The notes beneath the pieces are model-generated. The model saw only the letters and a list, made by a program, of their open reading frames with translations, made no database searches and was not told the origin of the DNA. A stretch of DNA of 64,000 nt from Octopus vulgaris (taxonomy: Eukaryota): positions 105,648,001-105,712,000 of the forward strand of contig OX597814.1 in assembly GCA_951406725.2 (NCBI GenBank), read 5' to 3'. Below, piece by piece: positions 1 to 12,255 of this stretch (position 1 is the stretch's first letter; every line of letters starts with the position of its first letter). A program made the translations under genes and the position numbers.

Positions 1-782
1 TATTGATTGCATTCAAATGTATTTTGTGTTGTTGACGAGTTTGTGTTTGTCGCGCATTTCTCTATGGAATCTGGAATGGATAAATGACTGGAATCGCTAT
101 GGAGAAGCTAGAACGGCACAATATACTTACAACCCCCTCCTCCTCTTCGTTTTATATATTTTTAATATATTTTTAACAATATTTCAGTAATTTATTTATT
201 TATCTATTTATGTACGGCATTCATTCGCTTCCAGCGTTTTCTCTGTCTTTTAGAATTGGTTTATTTCTATATTGTGGGACGGATTAAGACATTTTTTTTT
301 TATTATTATTGGAACAACAGGAAAAAAAAACCTCATTCATATTTGATAGAATTTTCTTTTAGTTCAGCATAATTCTCCATCTGTGTGTGTGTTTGTGTGC
401 ACGCATGAGAAGGGTGAGAGAGACGAGACAGACAAACAAATTTTATGTAAATATTCGTTACTGCACAAATATTTCGGTAAACATATGCAAGGAAGAATTC
501 TAAAAATGTGTTGTTCTTCCTAATCCCACCGACGTTGACGTTGCTTTTCATCATTCCGGAGTTCATAAACAGAATACCAGTCATACCCGGAGTATGTCGA
601 TATAACCTCCTCCACCATCACCTTTGGTCATGTATTTTATGCGACAAATGATTCCCATGTAGGAAGGTTAATGAAGAACAAGAAACGCTTGGATTCAGTA
701 TAATTCATTTAACCTCTGTTGTTGTAGACAAGAGTTTTTTTATTGGCAGGGAACCCGAAAGATGTAGACAAGAGTCTTTTAT

Positions 783-1015
783 AGGCGGCGAGCTGGCAGA
801 ATCATTAGCACACCGGGCGAAATGCGTAGCCGTATTTCGTCTGCCGTTACATTCTGAGTTCAAATTCCGCCGAGGTTGACTTTGCCTTTCATCCTTTCGG
901 GGTCGATAAATTATGTACCAGTTACGCACTGGGGGTCGATGTAATCGACTTAATCCGTTTGTCTGTCCTTGTTTGTCTCCTCTATGTTTAGCCCCTTGTG
1001 GGTAGTAAAGAAATA
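783..1015 (+). mobile_element. tRNA-derived SINE, family A (AGGCGGCGAGCTGGCAGAA head), full-length with 13-bp TSD
   Basis: A-box/B-box-like head (TGGCAGAATC...GAGTTCAAATTCC); many copies in window; TSD AAGAGTCTTTTAT at 770-782 and 1016-1028. Confidence 0.9.
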
Positions 1016-1061
1016 AAGAGTCTTTTATGGGAAGCAGGAAGATGTAGGATCTTAGATTAGC

Positions 1062-1102
<41 letters not shown>

Positions 1103-1622
1103 GTCAAGTAGCCGACTCCCTCACCATGACCATCACTGAAGATAATTCGCACCAGGTCTTCAACTAGAATTTGAGACTGCCAAATCATGTTTGCCTTCCC
1201 TCTGGCTGAAAGACACGCCTAAGTTTTCTAAATAGAAATAAGGAAGTTTGATAAAGGAAAAGAAAAGAAAAAAAAAAAAGAAAACCGGAGAGGAATTGGT
1301 GATATTTGTGAATTGAATAGTAAATAATAGCAAGGAATACTTTGGTAAAAAAAGCAGAATAAAGATTCTTTATCCCATCCTGCCACCAGAAAGAATCGCT
1401 ACCCTTGATCTTGGCTAAGAAGAATGCTTGCTTGTCTTATTACGTTCAGCGTAGACCATTAAATGTACATCTGCATAATTTGCTTAATCAGCGCTGCTCA
1501 TCTCTCCTCACCTGTCAGGTGTGAAACACAATACGAAACCCGAACCGACCAAGTTATGTTCTTTGATTGTTATTACTCTTGCGGCATTGCGATCAGGGCT
1601 GTGTGTGCGTGTGTAGGTGTCA

Positions 1623-1677
<55 letters not shown>

Positions 1678-1938
1678 ATGTTTATGTGTGGGGAGGGGAG
1701 AAAGTTTGTATAAACTGTATTGCATCTCAGCATAAGATGTAAAGAGAGAGAGAGAGAGGGCTTTGTCGGTCTGCCTGCATATGCTCAGGGTTATGTGTAT
1801 CACGTATCATCATATTGTTACGTTGTCTCTTTTAATATTTGTTTTATTTCATCGTTTGGTTCCAGCCAGGATCATCCGGTCTGTTTTTCAGACAGTATCT
1901 AAAACTCCATTATTCAAGCCGTCCTTTCTATTAACAAC

Positions 1939-2111
1939 AGGCGCAGGAGTGGCTGTGTGGTAAGTAGCTTGCTTACCAACCACATGGTTCCGGGTTCAGT
2001 CCCACTGCGTGACACCTTGGGCAAGTGTCTTCTACTATAGCCTCGGGCCGACCAAAGCCTTGTGAGAGGATTTGGTAGACGGAAACTGGAAGAAGCTCGT
2101 CGTATATATAA

Positions 2112-2182
<71 letters not shown>

Positions 2183-2378
2183 TTGTCCCCACCAACATCG
2201 CTTGACAACCGATGCTGGTGTGTTTATGTCCCCATAACTTAGCGGTTCGGCAAAAGAGAACGATAGAATAAGTACTAAGCTTCCAAAGAATAAGTCCTGG
2301 GGTCGATTTGCTCGACTAAAGGCGGTGCTCCAGCATGGCCGCAGTCAAATGACTGAAACAAGTAAAAGAGTAAAAGAA
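1939..2378 (+). mobile_element. tRNA-derived SINE, family B (GGCGCAGGAGTGGCTGTGTGG head) with internal (TA)/(TG) microsatellite, full-length
   Basis: Pol III boxes TGGCTGTGTGG and GGTTCAGTCCC; CORE-like CACCTTGGGCAAG; tail GTAAAAGA repeats; many copies in window. Confidence 0.9.
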
Positions 2379-3074
2379 TCTGGTACACGTCATTGAAGCG
2401 GGCCAGGCAGCATCATGCCTTTAAACGGCGTATACGGATCAAGTATCATACACAAAGGGCGATTTTAATTTGTATAAATTGGCTGCATAATTCCATTTAG
2501 TTGTTCTTTCTAGCAGGCCTAGAGGCGAGGCAGAAATCTCCTCCGTTGGCTCGTTGTATTTAAGTAGGCTCGATACACCTTTATAACTACCTAAATTCTC
2601 CCCAAGGAAGAAATCAGTAACGCTCTGTAAGGGGAGAAGGCTAACGTGTAATGAAGTAGGGTTGTAGCAAGAATTAAGTAAAAAGAAAGAAAGAAAAAAA
2701 GAAAAACAAAAACACCAGTTTCACCGTCAATGTTCTTTATATATATTGTGCAGCAGCAGTATGGTCTACCCTGATACACACACACACACACACACATACA
2801 CACATACAAGTTTGTACAAAACCCTTGAAATACTAGGTTTTACGAAGAAAAATCTATAAGAGGCTCAGTAAAGAGTTGTTAGACATTCCTAAGATTCTTC
2901 ATCTGAGATTCTTTAGGCGAATAGATGCACACACTCGGGTGTGTGGTGCATCGACAGATCAACAAATACACCAGCTCAACCACAAGTATTTACTTTCTTA
3001 GGAAGAACTTAGTATTCAAAGAAATAAATTACACATACATACCTGCATTCATACATATGTATATTCTTTTCTAC

Positions 3075-3463
3075 TATAGGCACAAGGCTCGAAATTTTGT
3101 GGGAGCGGGGCCAGTCAATTAGATTGACTCCAATACGCAGCTGGCATTTAATTTACCGACCCCGAAAGGATGAAAGGCAAAGTCGACCTCAGTGGAATTT
3201 GAACTCAGAACGTAAAGACAGAGGAAATACCTATTTCTTTACTACCCACAAGGGGCTAAACACGGAGAGGACAAACAAGGATAGACAAACGGATTAAGTC
3301 GATTATATTGACATCAGTGCGAAACTGGTACTTATTTAATCGACCCCGAAAGGATGAAAGGCAAAGTCGGCCTCGGCGGAATTTGAACTCAGAACGTAGC
3401 GGCAGACGAAATACGGCTAAGCATTTCGCCCGGCGTGCTAACGTTTCTGCCAGCTCCCCACGC
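3075..3463 (-). mobile_element. SINE family A, tandem/composite copy
   Basis: Reverse complement of 783-1015 with the body duplicated. Confidence 0.88.
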
Positions 3464-3787
3464 TTTACATATACGTATATTCTTTCCTAATCTTCCTCCC
3501 AGTGCACATGCACAGGCGTTTATGCAGTTTGCATCAGAAAAACCTCTTATAGGATTTTCAGTCCCACACTGCCGCTGAAGAAAGTGGTTAGGGTGTCACT
3601 GTGTAGCTTAGATTTTACCATTTTTTTTTTTTTTTGTTTTCATCATGGTCTGGTGTCCATCACTGTCTTTGCTGTTGAAACGTTTTTCAAGACCGCCTTG
3701 CCTAATGATGCTACCCCCACAGAAGTGCCACCCCCTACGAACAAAAAAGGATCGCAGGGGGGCAAACAAAGCCCTCCGCGCACACAA

Positions 3788-3872
3788 CAGACTGATCGGT
3801 CACAGACGGACACGCTGCGCCCTGTCTTCCTATGTCACACGATGTCCTTGGTCATCGTTGACAATGACCGAC
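3788..3872. promoter_or_regulatory. Two-block 85-nt motif with palindrome GTCATCGTTGACAATGAC; inverted homologue at 53293-53377
   Basis: By-eye alignment: 28/33 and 18/22 identical blocks separated by a 30-nt spacer in both copies; regulatory function is inferred. Confidence 0.4.
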
Positions 3873-3949
3873 CATCTAATAATATCAAGAATGGTCAATC
3901 TGACAGATTTTGCGTACAAGTGTGTGTATGTGTGTGTGTGTGTGTGTAT

Positions 3950-3999
<50 letters not shown>

Positions 4000-4414
4000 T
4001 CAAAGACTGATGTGCACACGCTTGAGTGTATACTTGTTCGTGTATGTATATACGTTTCTACGAGTGCATTGTATATATATTTACATATATTTATATATAT
4101 ATGCGTGTGTGAGCATGCTTTTGTGTGTACGTGTATTTATGTGTGTGTATCTATGTATGCATATATTTGTATGGTCTTCTGTTATATGTTTAAGTCGGGT
4201 GGAGTTGAGCAATTATTTTATTTATTCTCTCTCTCTTTGCTTAATGAGCAGATTTGGGGAAATTATTACGGTATCATGTGACTTTGCAATGCTATTTCCA
4301 TTGAAATAACCAGAAAGAATTCTAGTTTCTTCTGTTTGAAGAGAAAAATGTGTCTTGCATAAATTAGATTGATAAGTCTAACGCACGAACCCTTCAGCCA
4401 TTCTGCTACTCATA

Positions 4415-4763
4415 TCTTCTTGTTTCAGTCATCGGACTTTAGCCATGTAGGATCGAATCGACCCCCAGGACTTCTTTTTCAAAGCCTAATACTTATTCTA
4501 TCGGAATCTTTTGTTGAACTACTAAGTCACAGGAGCAAAACCACATAAGCACCAGTTGTCAAGCAGTGGCGGACACACACACACACACATACACACACAA
4601 CACACAAACACAAATTTGTTGATATATGCATCGAGTTTTTTTTTCAGTTTCCGTCTACCAAATCTACTCACGAAATTGTGGTCTTAGCATACACCTGCCC
4701 AAAGTGCCACCAGGAGCTAGGTGGCTAGGAAGCAAGCTTCTTACCACACAGACACACCTGCGC
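4415..4763 (-). mobile_element. SINE family B, diverged
   Basis: Reverse-complement similarity to 1939-2378. Confidence 0.8.
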
Positions 4764-4904
4764 ATACGTGTGTGTGTATGCGTGTGTTAAACGTGCATGT
4801 TTGTATATTTGAGGTGATTGGTTGATTAACTGTTTATCACGTAATGACAGATTTTTGAATCTGTTGCCACAACCTCTTGAAGAATTGTAGGAGAACATGT
4901 TTGG

Positions 4905-4990
4905 TAAAGTGTCCTTTGTGAGGAATCTTTGTCATGGTAACAACACATTTGACAGCATCACAGTGAAGATTACTCACAAATTTCTTTCGC

Positions 4991-4997
<7 letters not shown>
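4905..4997 (+). repeat. 93-bp unique segment duplicated at 50899-50991
   Basis: Identical TAAAGTGTCCTTTGTGAGG...TTTCTTTCGCATATATA at both positions. Confidence 0.92.
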
Positions 4998-5026
<29 letters not shown>

Positions 5027-5221
5027 ATATATATAATATACATATATATGTGTGTGTGTATATATATTGCATATGTATTTACACACACACACACACACAT
5101 ATATATACATACATACATGCATACATACATATGGTGTATGTATATAAATACATAATATAATATTTTTATATTATAGCATTATGGCGTTTTAGAACAATCA
5201 GATTGTAATCTAGCACTGCCA

Positions 5222-5804
5222 ATGGACCATTAGTCAGCGAAAGAGGGAGAGAGAGAGAGAGAAAGAATGAGACAGTGAAGGTGGCGTGTTATTAAAGAGA
5301 TATTCGCATAAATGCTGCCATCTTTAACTCTTTTATGATAGGTTAGAAATCAATTAAGAAAACAGTTAGCGGATATCTATGGCTGAAACCTCCATCCCAT
5401 TGGCTACTTGGTTATCGGTAGTGCGGCGGCGAAGGATTGGTGTTTGCCTTGTGTCCAAGGTCGTTTCATGCGGCTGAACTGGTTTTCAATAACGCTTGCA
5501 ACACACGCACACACACGCACGCACACGCACGAACACGAACACGCACACACACACGCACACACGCCCCACACACACACAATCTATTTTCTGCCTCAGAACA
5601 CTCTCTTGCAAGGTGTTGGTGAGGGCCCTGATTTACTGCGCTACGTTTTGTTTTTTTACAGCAGAAGAGACGAACCGAGTTTGTTAAAAGATTTAAAGTA
5701 GAAATAACGAAATGTAGTATGAGCAACTTTGACCACTTACGATTACGAAATTATGTACGAGTGTGTGTTTGTGTGTGTCTGTGTGTGTGTATACGTATGT
5801 ATTC

Positions 5805-5850
<46 letters not shown>
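5222..5850 (+). repeat. ~620-bp local segmental duplication, copy 1 (paralogue 54591-55210); continues at 7661-7704 after the insertion
   Basis: Near-identical sequence; ORF track gives the same peptides (MVIGSAAAKD..., MLILHFVIST...) at both loci. Confidence 0.95.
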
Positions 5851-5852
<2 letters not shown>

Positions 5853-5972
5853 ACAATCAAGGAACGGCCATAATAGGCCATTCACCCACTAGAAATAACA
5901 GCCAAAGCTTCAACCGCAAATAAAAGTTAATTCTGTAAACCAGGAGAAAATTTAAAAAACATTTACCCTGTA

Positions 5973-6079
5973 ATTTCTTATACGATATACCGTTTCATCT
6001 GCTGATTAATGGTAAACTAACCTGATTAAATTAAATCAAGCCAATCTTCCACAGGCCCTCAGATTCATCAGTAAGAAAT
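5973..6079 (-). ncRNA. Type I hammerhead ribozyme, copy 1
   Basis: Minus strand: AUUUCUUA-CUGAUGA-AUCUG...CAGAU-GAAA-CGG UAUA UCG-UA^UAAGAAAU. 8-bp stem I, 5-bp base of stem II, stem III, GUA cleavage triplet. Confidence 0.85.
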
Positions 6080-6465
6080 AGCCCAAGTCGGAACAGATAT
6101 TTTCACGAGGCATTTCCGACCTTGCCAAGTTTATATCTGACCTAAAATTTTCAAATCGTCGCACTCGCGCCAAATTTATCGGCAGCAAATAAATATAAGC
6201 CGTCGATTCCATTACGGAATTAACCAGAAAATTCATAATTAATCAATATAGGGTGGCAAAAAAAAATTTTGTAGAATTCTTTTGCCACCAGCGGCCTAGT
6301 AGGAAAAAATTAAATAGTCATAGACCATTTTTAAGTTTAACATCAACAATCAAGGAACGGCCATAATAGGCCATTCACCCACTAGAAATAACAGCCAAAG
6401 CTTCAACCGCAAATAAAAGTTAATTCTGTAAACCAGGAGAAAATTTAAAAAACATTTACCCTGTA

Positions 6466-6572
6466 ATTTCTTATACGATATACCGTTTCATCTGCTGATT
6501 AATGGTAAACTAACCTGATTAAATTAAATCAAGCCAATCTTCCACAGGCCCTCAGATTCATCAGTAAGAAAT
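6466..6572 (-). ncRNA. Type I hammerhead ribozyme, copy 2
   Basis: Same motif, 493 bp from copy 1. Confidence 0.85.
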
Positions 6573-6964
6573 AGCCCAAGTCGGAACAGATATTTTCACG
6601 AGGCATTTCCGACCTTGCCAAGTTTATATCTGACCTAAAATTTTCAAATCGTCGCACTCGCGCCAAATTTATCGGCAGCAAATAAATATAAGCCGTCGAT
6701 TCCATTACGGAATTAACCAGAAAATTCATAATTAATCAATATAGGGTGGCAAAAAAAATTTTGTAGAATTCTTTTGCCACCAGCGGCCTAGTAGGAAAAA
6801 TTAAATAGTCATAGACCATTTTTAAGTTTAACATCAACAATCAAGGAACGGCCATAATAGGCCATTCACCCACTAGAAATAACAGCCAAAGCTTCAACCG
6901 CAAATAAAAGTTAATTCTGTAAACCAGGAGAAAATTTAAACAATTTAAAAACATTTACCCTGTA

Positions 6965-7071
6965 ATTTCTTATACGATATACCGTTTCATCTGCTGATTA
7001 ATGGTAAACTAACCTGATTAAATTAAATCAAGCCAATCTTCCACAGGCCCTCAGATTCATCAGTAAGAAAT
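6965..7071 (-). ncRNA. Type I hammerhead ribozyme, copy 3
   Basis: Same motif in the third monomer. Confidence 0.85.
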
Positions 7072-7324
7072 AGCACAAGTCGGAACAGATATTTTCACGA
7101 GGCATTTCCGACCTTGCCAAGTTTATATCTGACTTAAAATTTTCAAATCGTCGCACTCGCGCCAAATTTATCGGCAGCAAATAAATATAAGCCGTCGTTA
7201 ATTCCGTAATGGAATCGACGGCTTATATTTATTTGCCCGATAAATTTCAGTAATTTAATCAATATAGGGTGGATATAAACTTGGCAAGGTCGGAAATTTT
7301 GTAGAATTCTGTTCCACTTGGGCT

Positions 7325-7431
7325 ATTTCTTACTGAAGAATCTGAGGGCCTGTGGAAGATTGGCTTGATTTAATTTAATCAGGTTAGTTTACCATTAATC
7401 AGCAGATGAAACGGTATATCGTATAAGAAAT
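7325..7431 (+). ncRNA. Type I hammerhead ribozyme, copy 4 (inverted arm, CUGAAGA variant)
   Basis: ATTTCTTA 7325-7332, CTGAAGA 7333-7339, ATCTG/CAGAT stem II, GAAA 7408-7411, GTA 7421-7423, TAAGAAAT 7424-7431. Confidence 0.85.
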
Positions 7432-7939
7432 TACAGGGTAAATGTTTTTTAAATTTTCTCCTGGTTTACAGAATTAACTTTTATTTGCGGTTGAAGCTTT
7501 GGCTGTTATTTCTAGTGGGTGAATGGCCTATTATGGCCGTTCCTTGATTGTTGATGTTGAACTTAAAAATGGTCTATGACTATTTAATTTTTTCCTACTA
7601 GGCCGCTGGTGGCAAAAGAATTCTACAAAATTTTTTTTTGCCACCCTATATTGATTAATTATATATATATATATATATATATAAATATGTATGCATATAT
7701 ATATGCATGTGTATCTTTTTGTCTTGCTCGCTTACCTTCAGGTGTTTGCTAAATTTTCTTGAGAACAATCCTTTCTTAGAGGTAAGACCATAGGGGTCTA
7801 CCTCTAGCATAGTAGATGTCCACTTTGTGTTCATCCCTCTTATGTGTATGTAATATAATTTTTCTGTATCTTCAGATTTTTCAACATGCTAGACCACTGG
7901 TTTTAAATTGATATTAATCAAATTAATATTCAATTTTTC

Positions 7940-7944
<5 letters not shown>

Positions 7945-8000
<56 letters not shown>

Positions 8001-8205
8001 ATATGTATATATATGTATATATCTGCATATATTTGTATATATATGTATATAAATGTATATATATGTATATAAATGTGTATGTGTGTCTATGTATATGAAT
8101 ATATATATATATATATATGTATATATCTGCATATATTTGTATATATCTGCATATATTTGTATATATATGTATATAAATGTATATATATATATATGTATGT
8201 GTGTC

Positions 8206-8245
<40 letters not shown>

Positions 8246-8300
8246 CGTGTGTGTGTGTGTGTGTATGTGTGTGTGTATATATATGTATGTGTGTGTGTGT

Positions 8301-8369
<69 letters not shown>

Positions 8370-8444
8370 TGTGTATATATGTGTGTGTGTGTATATATAT
8401 ATGTGTGTGTATATATACATGTGTGTGTGTGTATAAATGTTTAC

Positions 8445-8488
<44 letters not shown>

Positions 8489-8545
8489 GTGTATGAGTGC
8501 ATATTATATGTATGTGTGTATGTATATATTTAGGTGTGTATGTGT
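7945..8545. repeat. Compound (TA)n/(TG)n microsatellite
   Basis: Direct inspection. Confidence 0.95.
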
Positions 8546-9060
8546 GTGTACATATACCTGCGTAAGTGAAGTAACGAAAGAAATTTGGCTGAAATTGCGG
8601 CGTGACGTTATTCCGCATTTCTTTAAGTTTCGTTTCACCACGACGCCGTCGTGTATTTTCCTTCAACCTCTTCTCTAGCTTTAGATGCGACAGCATGAAG
8701 TATTACTGTAAAATATAATCAATAGATTTCACGGTTTTGTGCAATTATCGCGTTTTGGTGATGTGGAAGGTGTGATAAATGTTAAAGAATAATTAACGGA
8801 TCATTCGTCTACCTCCCTGATACCATAAATGGTATTTTACCGTTTTGTTAGTCAATCAACAACAGCCTATGGCCAATTAAATACCCAGCCAATAGCTGAA
8901 TCAATAGATATAAGCGGATATGGAATTTGTTTCTATGAAAAACAAAATTAAAACAGAAAAAAGTTCATTGCAGAAGGAAACGTGGTTAAAAAATATCAGC
9001 TAATCTCGAAACGTTCATGTCATCCATCTTTTAACGTCACAACATTGCAACGAGGCTCAC

Positions 9061-9281
9061 CAGCAACACCATCTTTGAACTCAGCAGTTATCATCCAGTG
9101 TCCCAGCCGTTCCCTAAGTGTTGGGACGTTTAAGTTGGAAGTGTGAGAGGAGGATGTGATTAAATGGTTGAAGATGTGGAAATAATATGATTGATGATCG
9201 TCACCTCTGTTGCCCTGGCAACTGTATTTGGTGTATAGAGAACGAACGATCCACTGATAAAATGGTGTCCGAAAAAGAGGA
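9061..9281 (-). CDS. Candidate internal exon (221 nt), unknown gene
   Basis: Acceptor gatttcttacag, donor GCTG|gtgagc, one open frame (PLFRTPFYQW...EFKDGVA); no homology recognised. Confidence 0.25.
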
Positions 9282-9541
9282 CTGTAAGAAATCGGTTGGG
9301 GAAGTGATGGGTCGCCATTGGAATAAGGTACTGAACAAGTAGTGACAAAGCTGCTTCCACAGAATGAGGGGAAAATATTAGTGTATATATTTGTGTGTGT
9401 GTATACACACACACACATGCATATATATATATATACATACATATACATATATATATATACATATATGGGTGCATATAGTTGTACGGTCATTTCGTTTGAG
9501 GTGCATCATACACACACACACACGCACGCACAGGTAATTAG

Positions 9542-9636
<95 letters not shown>

Positions 9637-9984
9637 TGCTTATCTATATATATGTCTGTGAGTGCTCGTCCACCTCTCCATAGACAGAATAGAGGAGGTG
9701 CTTTCACCACATCGTTTAACCTATTACGTGCTAGACAAACATATAAAATACCCCCAGTAATAAACTGAAGCAGCAGCAGCAGCAGTAGCGGCAGCAGCAG
9801 CAACAACAACAACAACAACAACAACAATAACAGCAATAGCAACAGGAAGAACCAAAGCATAAACAAGTAAAACACAAAAATGACAACAGCAATAACGAGA
9901 GCAATAATAACATCTGCAACAAGAAATTTAACAAAAAAGTTTTAAAAAAACAACAAAAACAACCCCCCACAAAAGTATGTGGCA

Positions 9985-10097
9985 TACTAAGCTATGTACG
10001 TGTTATGTGTGTGTGTGTGTGTGTGTGTGTGTTGTGTGTGTGTGTGTGTGTGTTGTGTGTGTGTGCGTGTGTGTCTATCATGGTAAAACATACATAA

Positions 10098-10130
<33 letters not shown>

Positions 10131-10228
10131 CACAGACACACATATATATACATACATATATATATATACATATATATATATATACACACACAGACACACA
10201 CATATATATACATACATACATACATACA

Positions 10229-10264
<36 letters not shown>

Positions 10265-10327
10265 TATACATACATACAATATACGTATATATATACCTAC
10301 CTATACATCCATATATGTGCATATGGA

Positions 10328-10398
<71 letters not shown>

Positions 10399-10447
10399 AT
10401 ATAAACACCCACACACTTGCATATATATTTATATGAATATATGTCTG

Positions 10448-10505
<58 letters not shown>

Positions 10506-10750
10506 TGTATATGTTTGTGTTTGCGGTGGGGTATGTGTTTGCGGTGGGTGGAAGTGCGTGTGTGCGTGCGCGTGTTTATATAGCAAATATATACCACACA
10601 GTTAGTTCTGAATATAGTATGTCTCTTGTTCTTGACCTCTTTGGATCTGTTTCTAACCGGACAAAAACACAACAGAACTCTTCTTTTTTCCTAAATCAAC
10701 TAAACGCACATCCTGTTCTAAAGACATAGCGATATGCTCGTATGTATGTG

Positions 10751-10793
<43 letters not shown>

Positions 10794-11484
10794 GTGTGTG
10801 TGTGTGTGTGCGTGTGTGTATCTCTCTACACTCACACATATGCACGTGTGTGCGTGGTGTGTGTGTGTTTGTATGTGTGCGTGTGTGTCTGTGTGTGTGT
10901 GTGTATTTTCCAGACACAGACACGTCCTGGGCACTTATACTAAAATAAACATACTCTCATACTTAATCTATGCTATTGCTACCACATCTAGCTCCATACA
11001 CGCATGCATACATACGCACAAACACACATACACATGCATACATACATGCATACATACATACGTGCGTACGTACGTACGTAAATACATACATACATACATA
11101 CATACATACATACATACATACATACATACATACATACATACATACATACATACATACGTACATACATACGTACATGCATACAAACAGACATACATACATA
11201 CATACATACATACATACATACATTCATACATACATACATACATACATACATACATACATACATACATACATACATACATACATACATACATACATACATA
11301 CATACATACATACGTACATACATATATACATGCATACATACATACGTACATCCATCCATAAATACATACATACAAATATACGTACATACATACGTACATA
11401 CATACATGCATGCATACATACATACATACATACATATATACACACATCTATGAGTTTGTGCGTGTTCCTGCGTTTGTGTTGAAG

Positions 11485-11525
<41 letters not shown>

Positions 11526-11554
11526 GTATATATGTGTGTATGTATATCGTGCAC

Positions 11555-11587
<33 letters not shown>

Positions 11588-11590
11588 GAC
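9985..11590. repeat. Compound microsatellite field: (TG)n, (TA)n, long (TACA)n
   Basis: Direct inspection; short unique islands inside. Confidence 0.92.
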
Positions 11591-11985
11591 GTCACTAAGG
11601 TGACTAAAGATCTATAGTTGTGCCTTTTGCTTGTAAATTTGAATAAGCCACCTTAATAATTGATACATATATATAAATATATATTCATATATTTTATTTT
11701 GGGATTTGGTTTGCAAGATTCTTTATATGAGTTCGTGTGTTGAAGCATATTCTGTTAGGCTGGGAAGAGTCCTTTTCTTTTTGTACCTTATGATTCAACA
11801 TTCTCGCCGCTAAAACAAAAGGGAACGCAGTGTAAATAACGGACAGTGTCAAGACTATTGAAAAGGTTGCAAGACGCAACGAAAATTTTAGGAGAATAAA
11901 AATAAGAAATAAGTGGAAATTTTACCGCAGTGTGTTTAATCATACGGCACAAAAAAAGAAAATGACTCTCCCCAGACACAACAGT

Positions 11986-12036
<51 letters not shown>

Positions 12037-12111
12037 ATGTATATATATTATATGTATATATATATAAATATTGTTATATTTCGGAAAGGTCATTTTGCCA
12101 GTTTAGCCAAT

Positions 12112-12114
12112 ATG

Positions 12115-12181
<67 letters not shown>

Positions 12182-12214
12182 CATTTATATATATATATAT
12201 ATATATACACATAC

Positions 12215-12255
<41 letters not shown>

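Larger units (their letters stand above)
5851..7660. mobile_element. Retrozyme-like non-coding element: ~2.7 tandem ~493-bp monomers plus an inverted arm, inserted in (TA)n
   Basis: Monomer starts at ~5849, 6342 and 6833; orientation flips at ~7198; reverse arm runs to 7660; one hammerhead per copy; (TA)n on both sides; absent from the paralogous site. Confidence 0.8.

Noticed and set aside
3584-4309. 241-aa ORF
   Set aside because: GTG start, crosses poly-T and (TG)/(GA) repeats, no recognisable domain
6036-6236. 66-aa ORF repeated in the 493-bp monomer
   Set aside because: Short with no recognisable motif; recurs only because of the tandem repeat and is broken in the third copy
5851-6341. 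Second ribozyme on the opposite strand (ambisense viroid-like organisation)
   Set aside because: No CUGANGA core on the plus strand of the monomer; other ribozyme classes could not be tested by eye
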